NCBI GenBank assembly: GCA_000436975.1 | Contig: HG000341.1 | Location: 1,535 to 65,534 of the forward strand | Length of the DNA stretch: 64,000 nt | Direction of reading: 5' to 3' | From: Clostridium sp. CAG:1000 | Lineage (GTDB): Bacteria; Bacillota_I; Bacilli_A; RF39; UBA660 | Shown here: positions 19,151 through 28,714 of the stretch, piece after piece | How positions within the stretch are numbered: the first letter of the stretch is position 1 | How the letters are laid out: the number at the start of each line of letters is the position of its first letter | Position numbers and translations under genes: made by a program | Notes under the pieces: model-generated | Databases searched by the model: none | What the model saw: only the letters and a program-made list of their open reading frames with translations | What the model was told of the DNA's origin: nothing

Positions 19151-20143
19151 TTACATCCAAACTCCATAATAAATTGCTACCATACCTAACATAAATCCTA
19201 CTATGTAAAACATTTTAACTATATCTGTTTCTTCCCATCCTAACTTTTCAAAATGATGATGTATTGGAGTCATTAAAAATACTTTCTTGCCAAATTTCTT
19301 TATTGCAGTTAGTTGTATTATACTAGATAATGCCTCTATAACAAATACACCGCCTATAACAGCAAGAGAAAGTTCATGTTCCGTAAGTATTGCTACTGCA
19401 GCTAAAGTTGCCCCTAGTGATAGTGAACCTGTATCTCCCATAAATACTTTCGCAGGATGCGTATTATAAATTAAAAATCCCAATAATGAACCTACAAGTA
19501 TAAAACAAAATATTGCTATTTCTTGATATCCCTCTATCCAAGTTGAACCCCATGTAATAATACCAAAACTTAAGAACGCTATTAATGAAAGTCCACCAGC
19601 AAGACCATCTAACCCATCTGTTAAATTAACCGCATTTGATGAACCTACTAATAAGAATAATATAAATATTCCATAGAACCATTTCATATCAACACTAATA
19701 TTTAATGATGAAATAGTTACATTAGCATCTCCTCCGCCTTGCATATATATATAAAAGAATATAAGAGCTATTAGAACCTGGGCAAGTAATTTTTGTGGTA
19801 TTGAAAGTCCATCATTATTATGTTCTCTTATCTTTAAATAATCATCTACAAATCCAAGCATAGCATAAGATATAAATACAAATAATATAATAAGTAAACT
19901 GTGTGTTATTTGAAGTGAACCCCTCAAATATAAAAACAGCATTGCAAGTAATGTTGGTATTATAAATATTAATCCACCTATAGTAGGCGTGCCATTCTTT
20001 TTGGCATGACTAAAAGCAGTAAATACACTAATACTTTGTTTACATTTCAACTTCTTTAAAACAGGTATTAAAAACCATCCTAATACAACTGCTAAAAAGA
20101 AACCAATCATCATTCCTAATATACTTTTTGCAAGAATTAACAT
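19151..20143 (-). CDS. mraY: phospho-N-acetylmuramoyl-pentapeptide transferase
   Basis: MraY signatures (NAVNLTDGLDGLA, MGDTGSLSLG, PIHHHFE). Confidence 0.95.
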   Translation of the reverse strand: MLILAKSILGMMIGFFLAVVLGWFLIPVLKKLKCKQSISVFTAFSHAKKNGTPTIGGLIFIIPTLLAMLFLYLRGSLQITHSLLIILFVFISYAMLGFVDDYLKIREHNNDGLSIPQKLLAQVLIALIFFYIYMQGGGDANVTISSLNISVDMKWFYGIFILFLLVGSSNAVNLTDGLDGLAGGLSLIAFLSFGIITWGSTWIEGYQEIAIFCFILVGSLLGFLIYNTHPAKVFMGDTGSLSLGATLAAVAILTEHELSLAVIGGVFVIEALSSIIQLTAIKKFGKKVFLMTPIHHHFEKLGWEETDIVKMFYIVGFMLGMVAIYYGVWM

Positions 20144-20226
20144 TATATCACTTCCCTATTTATTATTATACGATAAATTATACTATACTTCATTATATTT
20201 TACGTGTCTGGTGTAAAGTATATACA

Positions 20227-21153
20227 TTATATTTTTAAAAAAAAGTTTTCAAGCACCTTATATTTATCAAGACCTTTTACTTTTATATCAATATCTAAAT
20301 TACTAAGTTCATACAAATTATTTATAAGTTCTTCTTCTTCATAATTATTTACATTCTCATGAGCCTTTTTAACTACATAAGGATTTAATCCCAACTTTCT
20401 TGATATTTCTTTCTCATCCATAGTCTTACATAATATTTTAACTTGATACAAAGTTCTAAATTGTCTTGCTAAATTATCTATGAGTACAACTGGTTCAATT
20501 CCACTTCTAATTAAAATATTATATGAGTTAAATATTTGTTTTAAATTCTTTTTCATTACCGCATCACTCAGTGTAAATATCTCTTTTTCAGAACTTTTAC
20601 TTACTACTTTATCTATATCATCATCTGTTATTACATCCTCACCAATCTTATATAATAGTAACTTCTCAGTTTCATTAATCGCAAGATCATCATTATATTC
20701 ACATCTATTTAATATTTCTTTTACTTGATTATAAGTAATTTTTTTATTATTAGACACAAACATATTAGTAATATATTCATGTAACTCTTTATAATCCATT
20801 TTCTTTATTTCTTCTACTTTACATTTTTCTCTTAACTTTTTGGTAATATTTTTTCTTTCATCAAGACTTTCATCTATACATTTTAAAATAATAACATTAT
20901 CATTCATATTATCTATATATCTTAATAATTCTTTTTCAAATGCATCTTTAACTTTTTTAAAAGAAAAATTAGATACTATTATTAACTTCTTTTCGTTAAA
21001 TAAATCAACATAATTAGCTTCATTTAATATATCAATAATATTAGAATCATCAAAATCATATTCAATTATATTATTTATATTTAATTCATGCTTTAAGCCG
21101 TCTATTCTTCTTTTTAATAAGTTTATTTCATTTCCTAAAAAAACATATATCAT
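20227..21153 (-). CDS. holA: DNA polymerase III delta subunit
   Basis: Length and N-terminal IYVFLGNE...LL pattern typical of HolA, with a C-terminal helical domain. Divergent sequence. Confidence 0.7.
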   Translation of the reverse strand: MIYVFLGNEINLLKRRIDGLKHELNINNIIEYDFDDSNIIDILNEANYVDLFNEKKLIIVSNFSFKKVKDAFEKELLRYIDNMNDNVIILKCIDESLDERKNITKKLREKCKVEEIKKMDYKELHEYITNMFVSNNKKITYNQVKEILNRCEYNDDLAINETEKLLLYKIGEDVITDDDIDKVVSKSSEKEIFTLSDAVMKKNLKQIFNSYNILIRSGIEPVVLIDNLARQFRTLYQVKILCKTMDEKEISRKLGLNPYVVKKAHENVNNYEEEELINNLYELSNLDIDIKVKGLDKYKVLENFFLKI

Positions 21154-21157
21154 ACTA

Positions 21158-22021
21158 TTATTCCTTTATCAAAATACTTCTAACATTAGAGTCTATTACA
21201 AAACTTTTAATGTTTTTTATTTCTTTACCATTTACATATACTTTTTTACCTCTATATTGTACTTTTAAAGCCCTTAATATTTCAAATAATGCAGTATATA
21301 ATTTAACTTTAACTATTATAGGGTGTTCACTACTACATATAGTAAACATAACAGAATCATACATATAGTCTAAATGTATTGCTTTATAAATAGCAAGTAT
21401 TTCTTCTACTGTATAAAAAACACAAGTAGAATCTTTAAATTTATTATTAGAATGTACGATACATATATTTGGAAATGCATTAATATATTTCTCATATGAT
21501 GAAGTAGAAACTATATCATTATTTGGTATAGATATATAACAAGTTTTCATATTAAAAATATTCATAAACTCATCTATTGCCTCTAATATTTCTTCATATG
21601 ATTCATAATTAATAACCATATCTTTTAAATCAGTATTTTTGTCATAAAAAGAATTAACTACTAATGTAGTCTTACTATTAATTTTTTTATTAAGATTATA
21701 TTTTTCTAAAGATTCAGTTATTTCACTCTTTTTAAGTTTATTAATATTTCTAGTTGGATTTAATTTTTCACGTCTATCAATGAAATCATTTTCAATAACA
21801 AGACAATTCTTAAAAGAATCACTATATTCCATATTACTGATACCTATTATTTTACCACTAACTGGACTAAATATTTTTTTACCATTTGAAAGAGTTCCTA
21901 AACATGAATTATTATATGTATATTTATCTTTAGGTAAACTTAATAATTCTTCTTTATCATAAGGAATATAAATATATTCTGCTGTTAAGTATGTTAAATA
22001 TTCTTGTATTTTCTTTTTCAT
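21158..22021 (-). CDS. hypothetical protein (287 aa)
   Basis: ORF only. A faint resemblance to an RnfC-type N-terminal barrel (SPVSGKIIGI) is not enough for a call. Confidence 0.4.
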   Translation of the reverse strand: MKKKIQEYLTYLTAEYIYIPYDKEELLSLPKDKYTYNNSCLGTLSNGKKIFSPVSGKIIGISNMEYSDSFKNCLVIENDFIDRREKLNPTRNINKLKKSEITESLEKYNLNKKINSKTTLVVNSFYDKNTDLKDMVINYESYEEILEAIDEFMNIFNMKTCYISIPNNDIVSTSSYEKYINAFPNICIVHSNNKFKDSTCVFYTVEEILAIYKAIHLDYMYDSVMFTICSSEHPIIVKVKLYTALFEILRALKVQYRGKKVYVNGKEIKNIKSFVIDSNVRSILIKE

Positions 22022-22045
22022 AATTTACTCCTTTAATATTATATA

Positions 22046-22579
22046 TTATTTAGATATATGTTTCAAATATAAATCTTTAAGATTTTTATTATTCAAAAAA
22101 CTTTCTCCTTCTTTAGATAATCTAATAAAAACTTCTTCTAAAAAAGATATTAATCTCTTATCCATTTTAATTTTATCTTTTTTACTATTAAAGTATTCAA
22201 GAGCTCTATTGTTATTATAATTACCTTTATAATATACCTTAGATGCAGATACTCTGTCACATATCATTTCTTTCATATATTTAAATGGAATTATAGGAGT
22301 TTTCACTCTAGCATCATAGTCATACCAATATTCAAAATGGTGTTTATTTCTACCCTTATGATGTAACCATGCAAGACTATATCCTTTAATGTTCTTTTCT
22401 TCTGTTAAGGGACTTTTCTTACCGTCTGTGAAATATTTAACTGATGGAATAAGTTCACTTAATGAATACTTAGATAAATCATGTGTAAGTCCTTGAAAAG
22501 GTATTCCAACTTTACAACATAATTTAAATACGTAAAATCTATGAATGTTTACATTATGCAAGTGACGAATCAGTTTCAT
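22046..22579 (-). CDS. conserved hypothetical protein (DUF5662-like; HDxSK...HHK..NKHHxEYW)
   Basis: Motifs LTHDLSKYS and AWLHHKGRNKHHFEYW. Family assignment is from memory only. Confidence 0.4.
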   Translation of the reverse strand: MKLIRHLHNVNIHRFYVFKLCCKVGIPFQGLTHDLSKYSLSELIPSVKYFTDGKKSPLTEEKNIKGYSLAWLHHKGRNKHHFEYWYDYDARVKTPIIPFKYMKEMICDRVSASKVYYKGNYNNNRALEYFNSKKDKIKMDKRLISFLEEVFIRLSKEGESFLNNKNLKDLYLKHISK

Positions 22580-23232
22580 ATAACCTCCACATCAAATATA
22601 AGAGTTGTTTTAACGTTATTATAGTTAGATACTACTTCAATATTATAAATACCACTATTATTAATATAAGTACTCAAATTATTATTAAAAATGCCATTAT
22701 ATATAATATTATTATTACTAGTAATTTTAATACTTTCAATATTAATTTTAACATTTTCATATATTGGTTCAGAATAATAACAAGCATCAACATAGTTGCC
22801 CTTAGCGTCTTTACTTCTACATAAAGTAGCACTAATATCAAGCATCATATTCGAATTATACTTAATAGTATTTTTAACAGCATCATTACTAGAATCAATA
22901 TTATGAAAATATACAAAATATGGTATTAATGGATAGCTTTTATCATTAATATATCTAAAACTAGTAGCCTCATCATTAATAGTAATCCTATATAAAGGAC
23001 TATATGGTTTTTCAAAATCAATACCAAGAAATGTAAGTGAAGTAGACTTAATATTCAAAGGACCATATTTTCCTCTAAGTAAAAGTAAACCAATAATAAT
23101 AGAAAATATAATAATTAAAGTTAAAAATCTCTTAAGAGTAATTCTTATCCTATCTTTTCTAACATTATTTCTAGCATCTTTCATTTCTTCTTGTAATTTT
23201 TCTTTCATTTCTTCTTCATTTTTATATATCAT
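22576..23232 (-). CDS. hypothetical membrane-anchored protein
   Basis: ORF with one transmembrane segment. Its TGA stop overlaps the next start (ATGA). Confidence 0.45.
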   Translation of the reverse strand: MIYKNEEEMKEKLQEEMKDARNNVRKDRIRITLKRFLTLIIIFSIIIGLLLLRGKYGPLNIKSTSLTFLGIDFEKPYSPLYRITINDEATSFRYINDKSYPLIPYFVYFHNIDSSNDAVKNTIKYNSNMMLDISATLCRSKDAKGNYVDACYYSEPIYENVKINIESIKITSNNNIIYNGIFNNNLSTYINNSGIYNIEVVSNYNNVKTTLIFDVEVI

Positions 23233-23273
23233 AATAACACCATATTAATTATATAATAAAAATACCAATATTT

Positions 23274-23498
23274 CTATTGATATTTTTGCATTTGTTTCAT
23301 TAATTGATTAACTTGTTTTTGACTTGGGTTTCTTCCCATACCTCTCATTAATGTTTTTATCATTTCTTCATTAATTGGTGGATTTTCTTTTAATTGTTTT
23401 TGAAATAATTTTTTAGCAATTAGAAATCCAGCAACTAATCCAGCTATTAATCCACCTAATAAATATAAAATATCATAAAGCATACCTTTTACCTCCAT
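23274..23498 (-). CDS. yneF: UPF0154 membrane protein YneF
   Basis: One transmembrane segment plus a conserved KENPPINEEMI...GRNPSQKQVNQLM tail. Confidence 0.88.
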   Translation of the reverse strand: MEVKGMLYDILYLLGGLIAGLVAGFLIAKKLFQKQLKENPPINEEMIKTLMRGMGRNPSQKQVNQLMKQMQKYQ

Positions 23499-23514
23499 AA
23501 ATATTATATCATAC

Positions 23515-23949
23515 TTACGATGTTATGCAAGAGGAATAAATAGTATCTTCAAGTAAAAAATAATCATGATTATTAAAGTCACATACAAAAATATTCTTAA
23601 AATTTCTAATATTATAAAAGAAAGATGGTACATTTTTATTAGTTTTAATTTTAATATGTGAATTATTTATTATCATCTTAGTTGATTCATTAAAATAAAA
23701 ATCATTTATAGTATGCGTGTAATTATAACATATATAGTTTTCTTTTCCTAAGTTATTCTTTTTAATATAATCATTATACTCTTCTTTTTTCATTGGATTA
23801 ACTATTCTTTGGTATATATTAAAACCTAAAATAATATCTTCTGTTTTTAAATAATGAATACTTTCAAGTAAACTATATAATTCTTCATAATTATTCCTAT
23901 AATTTTTAAGTATATTTTCTTTAACATCAAATAAATAAAATGTTCTCAT
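23515..23949 (-). CDS. hypothetical protein (144 aa)
   Basis: ORF only. Confidence 0.4.
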   Translation of the reverse strand: MRTFYLFDVKENILKNYRNNYEELYSLLESIHYLKTEDIILGFNIYQRIVNPMKKEEYNDYIKKNNLGKENYICYNYTHTINDFYFNESTKMIINNSHIKIKTNKNVPSFFYNIRNFKNIFVCDFNNHDYFLLEDTIYSSCITS

Positions 23950-24000
23950 GTTTTCACCTCAAGAACATTTTATAACTTTTAATTTGAAAAATTTGTCGAA

Positions 24001-26175
24001 TTAATCTTCTTTTTTAGTTTCTTCTTTATATTTTGGTTCCAAAACTACATTCAAAGGATTATTTATATCAATAACGCTATCATTTTTAACATCATAACTT
24101 TTAACATACCCATATCCATCAAAATTAACATTTAAATTAATCATTTTAGCAAATACTAATACATCACCTCTAGACCAACCCTTTATATTAGGCATTTTAT
24201 AACTAGTATCATTAGTTTTTAAGAATATTTTATTGCCTAAATTTAAAGTTGTTCCCTCAGTAGGATATTGACTTATTATTTTGTTTCCCTCACCTATAAT
24301 AATGGCTTCCATATTTGAATTATTAATGTTTTCTGCTTCACTTGTTGTATCTTTATTAATGTATGAGTCTACTGTAAACACATCTTCTTTAGTATTTTCT
24401 GTTTCATCATATATATTTAAGTATGTTCCGACATCTTTAACAAGTCCTTTAATTGCAGTTTTCATAACATTTGAGTTTGTAAGCTTAGAAGCAGCTAAAT
24501 ATACAATAATTTCAGGATCTTCACCGGGGAATAAACCAGCAAAACTCTTAACGTAGTTTCTGCTTCCCTTTAAATATCCACCCTTATTAGAAGCAATTTG
24601 AGCAGTACCAGTCTTACCTACTAAATCATATCCTTTTATATAGTAACCAGTACCAGTAGATGCCTTAAATGAACCATCTACTACACCTCTCATTATCTCT
24701 ATCATTTTATTTACTGTTTCAGTATTACAAACTTTTCTTACTTCTGTTCTTTTATTTTTAAGAACAATACTTCCATTCTCACTATTAACTATTTTAGACA
24801 CTATATATGGTTTAATCATAGTCCCATCATTTGCTAACGTAGTAAGAGCTTGTATCATTTGTACAGCAGAAATAGTCATACCTTGTCCATAAGATGCTGC
24901 GGCTATTTCAGTATTATATCTAAAGTTTACTAACCCCTCACTTTCATTGGGAAGACTTATACCTGTTTTAGAGCCAAATCCAAGTGAATTATAAAAATCT
25001 TTTAATTTAGCACGGCCTAGTTTAAGCCCAAGATTAACGGCTGCTGTATTTGAAGATGCCATAAATCCTTGATCATACGTAATTTCTCCCCATCCATAAT
25101 TATTCCAGTCTTTAATCTTTGCTTCATCCACATTAATTGTACCACTCTTATAAGTTTCATTACCATTATATATTCCGTTTTCCATAGCGGCCATAAAACT
25201 AAATATTTTCATAGTTGATCCTGGCTCATATGCATATGAAGTAAATGGATCATAATATGATGTTATATCACGAGTATTGTTGTTAAACGATGGACTAGAT
25301 GCAACTCCTAAAACCTCACCAGTTTTAGCGTTAACAACAGATATAGTAGCCCACTCTGGAGATGAAGTCTCAATCTTATTCATAGCCTGTTCAGTAAACA
25401 TTTGAATATTATCATCAAGAGTTAAATATATATCATTGCCAGATGTACTTTTCTTTTCAATAGATGGTGTACTAGTTATTTGATAACCCTGTAAATCAGA
25501 CTGATATTCAATATATCCATCTTTACCAGTAAGTTCTTTATTATAGAATAGTTCAATACCCATTTCACCCTTAAATAAACCTTCATCATTACTTTTAGCA
25601 TAACCTAAAGTATATGATGCGAAGTTACCATTAGGATAATATCTTTTGGTACTAGATATAAAGTCAATCCCAGGAAGATCAAGCTCGTCTATTTGATCCT
25701 TAACAAGCTCAGTAATTCCTCTACCACCCGGTCCTAATTCAACTTGATATGGACTTACATCCTTACAATTATTATCATTATCGCACTTTTTAACAGTAGT
25801 ATTTAATATATCAAGTATCTTTTCTTTTGTCATATTAATTAAAGGACTTAACTTTTCAGCAGTAAGTTCTTTATCAATAACATGATAAGGTCTTTTAGGA
25901 TCTTTTGTTCTAGATGAATCTAAATAAGCAATTACTGTATAACTATTAACATCCTTAGCAAGCACTTCTCCATCGCGAGAATAAATAGTTCCTCTTTTTG
26001 CCCTAAGTGTTTTTTTCTTAGTATCCCTAGCACTAGCAAACTCTGCAAGAGTGTTTTTACCTACCTTAATATTACCAGTGCCAATATACACTAATCTAAA
26101 AATTATACACAAAAAAATAAAAACAACAATAATTATGAAAATTGGATTTATCTTAACTATTCTTGTTTTCTTCAT
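24001..26175 (-). CDS. class B penicillin-binding protein (PBP2B/FtsI-type) with C-terminal PASTA domains
   Basis: N-terminal transmembrane segment, transpeptidase motifs STMK, SSN and KTGTA, and two PASTA-like modules. It sits in the dcw position after ftsL. Confidence 0.9.
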   Translation of the reverse strand: MKKTRIVKINPIFIIIVVFIFLCIIFRLVYIGTGNIKVGKNTLAEFASARDTKKKTLRAKRGTIYSRDGEVLAKDVNSYTVIAYLDSSRTKDPKRPYHVIDKELTAEKLSPLINMTKEKILDILNTTVKKCDNDNNCKDVSPYQVELGPGGRGITELVKDQIDELDLPGIDFISSTKRYYPNGNFASYTLGYAKSNDEGLFKGEMGIELFYNKELTGKDGYIEYQSDLQGYQITSTPSIEKKSTSGNDIYLTLDDNIQMFTEQAMNKIETSSPEWATISVVNAKTGEVLGVASSPSFNNNTRDITSYYDPFTSYAYEPGSTMKIFSFMAAMENGIYNGNETYKSGTINVDEAKIKDWNNYGWGEITYDQGFMASSNTAAVNLGLKLGRAKLKDFYNSLGFGSKTGISLPNESEGLVNFRYNTEIAAASYGQGMTISAVQMIQALTTLANDGTMIKPYIVSKIVNSENGSIVLKNKRTEVRKVCNTETVNKMIEIMRGVVDGSFKASTGTGYYIKGYDLVGKTGTAQIASNKGGYLKGSRNYVKSFAGLFPGEDPEIIVYLAASKLTNSNVMKTAIKGLVKDVGTYLNIYDETENTKEDVFTVDSYINKDTTSEAENINNSNMEAIIIGEGNKIISQYPTEGTTLNLGNKIFLKTNDTSYKMPNIKGWSRGDVLVFAKMINLNVNFDGYGYVKSYDVKNDSVIDINNPLNVVLEPKYKEETKKED

Positions 26176-26185
26176 TTTACACCTC

Positions 26186-26473
26186 TTACTTTGAAACTAC
26201 TTTAATATTACTATTATTATACTCCAAACCAAAAGTATCTGCAACTTGCATTGTATTATCTAAAGATGCAAGTTCATTTATTTTCATTTGCATACTCAAA
26301 TTTAATTTTTCTTGAGTTTCAATTTTACTCTTTAATCTTTGAAGTTCAGAGTTTTTAGATTGGATTTTAGCATTACCAACAAAATTACACATCAAAATAC
26401 CAAAAATAAGAACAAATATTATTTTTTTCATAGTTTTTTCGCCCTTAAATCTTACGTATTTTCTCTTTTTCAT
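26186..26473 (-). CDS. ftsL: cell division protein FtsL-like
   Basis: Small bitopic protein (transmembrane segment plus coiled coil) between rsmH and the PBP gene. Confidence 0.65.
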   Translation of the reverse strand: MKKRKYVRFKGEKTMKKIIFVLIFGILMCNFVGNAKIQSKNSELQRLKSKIETQEKLNLSMQMKINELASLDNTMQVADTFGLEYNNSNIKVVSK

Positions 26474-27375
26474 TATCTTACCCTTTCTATAACTCTTAAT
26501 TTAGAACTCCTGCTTCTATTATTTTCATTTATTTCATCTTCACTAGGAGTTAATTTAACTATCATTTTAGCTTTTGCTTTTAACTCTTCTGGTACGAATG
26601 GGAGCCTCTTTGTTGATTCATCATCAGAACATAATTTTTTAAATACATTACTCACTATTTTATCTTCTAATGAATGAAATGTTATTACAACAAGTCTACC
26701 ACCCACATTAAGTAAATCAAATGCATCGTTTAAAGAACTTTCTAATATATCAAGTTCATGATTTACTTCTATTCTTATTGCTTGAAATACCTTTCTTGCA
26801 GGATGAGATTTATTTCTATAACTGATTGGTACAGACTCTTTAATAATTTCTGCTAGCTCAAGAGTAGTATTAATTGGTCTAGAGTTTATTATGGCCTTAG
26901 CAATTGATTTTGAATATTTTTCTTCGCCGAATTTATAAAATATTCTAACCAAATCATTATAGCTATATTCATTCACTACTTTTCTAGCATCTAGTGGATT
27001 ATTTTTATCCATTCTCATATCAAGAACTGCATCTTTGTGAAAGCTAAACCCTCTGTCACCATCATCTAGTTGAGGACTTGATACACCAAGATCAAATAAT
27101 ATTCCATCAACTTTCTCATTAACATAGTTTTTCATATTAACAAAGTTACTTTTAAATATTGTGAAATTATCACCAATCTTGCTAAGTCTTTTAGTTGAAT
27201 ATGAAATTGCCTCATCATCTTGATCAAAGGCGAAAAGAACCCCTTCTTTTCCTATTTCCTTTAGTATGTGACTTGAATGACCACCATAGCCAACAGTCGC
27301 ATCTATATATTTACCACCCTGTTTCAAATTTAAATACTCTATTACCTCATTTAATAATACACTCTTATGCTTCAT
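26473..27375 (-). CDS. rsmH: 16S rRNA (cytosine1402-N4)-methyltransferase
   Basis: HKSVLLNEVIEYL, DATVGYGGHS and FDLGVSSPQLD motifs. Confidence 0.95.
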   Translation of the reverse strand: MKHKSVLLNEVIEYLNLKQGGKYIDATVGYGGHSSHILKEIGKEGVLFAFDQDDEAISYSTKRLSKIGDNFTIFKSNFVNMKNYVNEKVDGILFDLGVSSPQLDDGDRGFSFHKDAVLDMRMDKNNPLDARKVVNEYSYNDLVRIFYKFGEEKYSKSIAKAIINSRPINTTLELAEIIKESVPISYRNKSHPARKVFQAIRIEVNHELDILESSLNDAFDLLNVGGRLVVITFHSLEDKIVSNVFKKLCSDDESTKRLPFVPEELKAKAKMIVKLTPSEDEINENNRSRSSKLRVIERVR

Positions 27376-27805
27376 AAATATCACAATCGAAGATATTTTC
27401 AGTTATCTGTTCAAGATTGTCTTCATTATCATTCATATAACTTTCAAATTCTTCCTTACTCCATATTTCTAGTCGTTCACTTACGCCAATAATGACACAT
27501 TCTTTTTTTATATTGGCGTAATGAACTAACGGTGAGGTAATATTAATTCGACCTTGTTTATCGAATTCAATTAAAGAAGCTCCACCTATGAATGTTCTTT
27601 CAAATGCTCTAACATTCTTTTTAGTAAATTGTAAAGATGATACTTTTTGCATTAATTTGTTCCATTCAGTTTCTGAATAAACAAATAAGCACTTATCAAG
27701 ACCCTTAGTGATTACGAATCTTTCCCCTAGTTCACTTCTAAACTTAGCAGGAATAATAAGACGACTCTTTTCATCAATATTATGATGATATTCACCCATT
27801 AGCAT
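27365..27805 (-). CDS. mraZ: transcriptional regulator MraZ
   Basis: MLMGEYHHNIDEKSRLIIPAKFR, with two SpoVT/AbrB-like halves. The start is set at 27805 because upstream ORF-track residues overlap the operator repeats. Confidence 0.92.
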   Translation of the reverse strand: MLMGEYHHNIDEKSRLIIPAKFRSELGERFVITKGLDKCLFVYSETEWNKLMQKVSSLQFTKKNVRAFERTFIGGASLIEFDKQGRINITSPLVHYANIKKECVIIGVSERLEIWSKEEFESYMNDNEDNLEQITENIFDCDIYEA

Positions 27806-27817
27806 TGATAAGTCACC

Positions 27818-27854
27818 CCACTTTCTACCACTTTGTTTCACTTCCTACCACTAT
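27818..27854 (-). promoter_or_regulatory. putative MraZ operator: four (A)AGTG(G/A) boxes with exact 10-bp phasing
   Basis: Plus-strand CCACTTT at 27818 and 27828, TCACTTC at 27838 and CCACTAT at 27848. The last box overlaps the -10. Confidence 0.65.
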
Positions 27855-27881
27855 ATTACTCTTTTTAGAGTAATTTGTAAA
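27853..27881 (-). promoter_or_regulatory. mraZ/dcw promoter (TTTACA-17-TAATAT)
   Basis: Reverse strand TTTACA (27881-27876), a 17-nt spacer, then TAATAT (27858-27853). Confidence 0.5.
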
Positions 27882-27921
27882 TACCAATCATAAATTTAAT
27901 TGTAAAAAAAGTGTAAAATTT

Positions 27922-27950
27922 TGCAAAAAAAATAACCATATGGTTATTTC
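27922..27950 (-). terminator. intrinsic terminator overlapping the stop of the 27944-28711 gene
   Basis: Reverse strand AATAACCA-TA-TGGTTATT followed by T8. Confidence 0.65.
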
Positions 27951-28711
27951 TTAGTTTTGTTTGATAGAATAAATAGCAAAATAGCTACCGCTAAAAATGT
28001 TGTCATAAATATATAAAATATATTAATATTTATTATATAACTGCTTTCATTCATAAGCAACATTAACTTTTTTTCTAAGATAAATCTTTCAAATAAAACA
28101 AATATCAAACTCGACGCAGCTAAAGCACAAAAAGTATAAGCAAAAGCTTTAAATTTTTCTGTCTTATTTATCAAAAGCATACTAATAAACGATATTACTA
28201 GCAATATACTAAATATATATTTATATTTATTCGTAATATTATAAATTTTCAAAATTGGTTTAACAAGACCATTGTTAACCACGCTATCAAAAGAATACTC
28301 ATAAATAGAATTAAAGTCTGAATTATTAATTTCCTGTTTAATCTTAAACAATTCTAATTTACTAAATTCACCATCAAGTTGGGATAACATTTTATCAAGT
28401 TCATTGTCTATATTTACTCTACTTGCTTGGCCAGTTTGTATGTCTTTAACCATAGCATTTACATATTTTTTAGAAATATCATTCATATATGGTGATGATT
28501 CTATAGATGATTGAATACTCCCAAGTTTTTCAATTGGCATATTGGGTATCTTATTATATATTGCAGTAATCACATAAGAAGAAACTCTTTTACCTGTAAA
28601 TGCACTACTAATAGTAGAATATAAATTTTTATTAATAATATAATTTCCAGTTAAAAATAAAAACGAAATTACTATTACTAATATAATCAAAACATTAAAA
28701 ACTTTCTTCAT
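27944..28711 (-). CDS. hypothetical membrane protein (255 aa)
   Basis: ORF with an N-terminal and several C-terminal transmembrane segments. Confidence 0.45.
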   Translation of the reverse strand: MKKVFNVLIILVIVISFLFLTGNYIINKNLYSTISSAFTGKRVSSYVITAIYNKIPNMPIEKLGSIQSSIESSPYMNDISKKYVNAMVKDIQTGQASRVNIDNELDKMLSQLDGEFSKLELFKIKQEINNSDFNSIYEYSFDSVVNNGLVKPILKIYNITNKYKYIFSILLVISFISMLLINKTEKFKAFAYTFCALAASSLIFVLFERFILEKKLMLLMNESSYIININIFYIFMTTFLAVAILLFILSNKTKK

Positions 28712-28714
28712 AAT

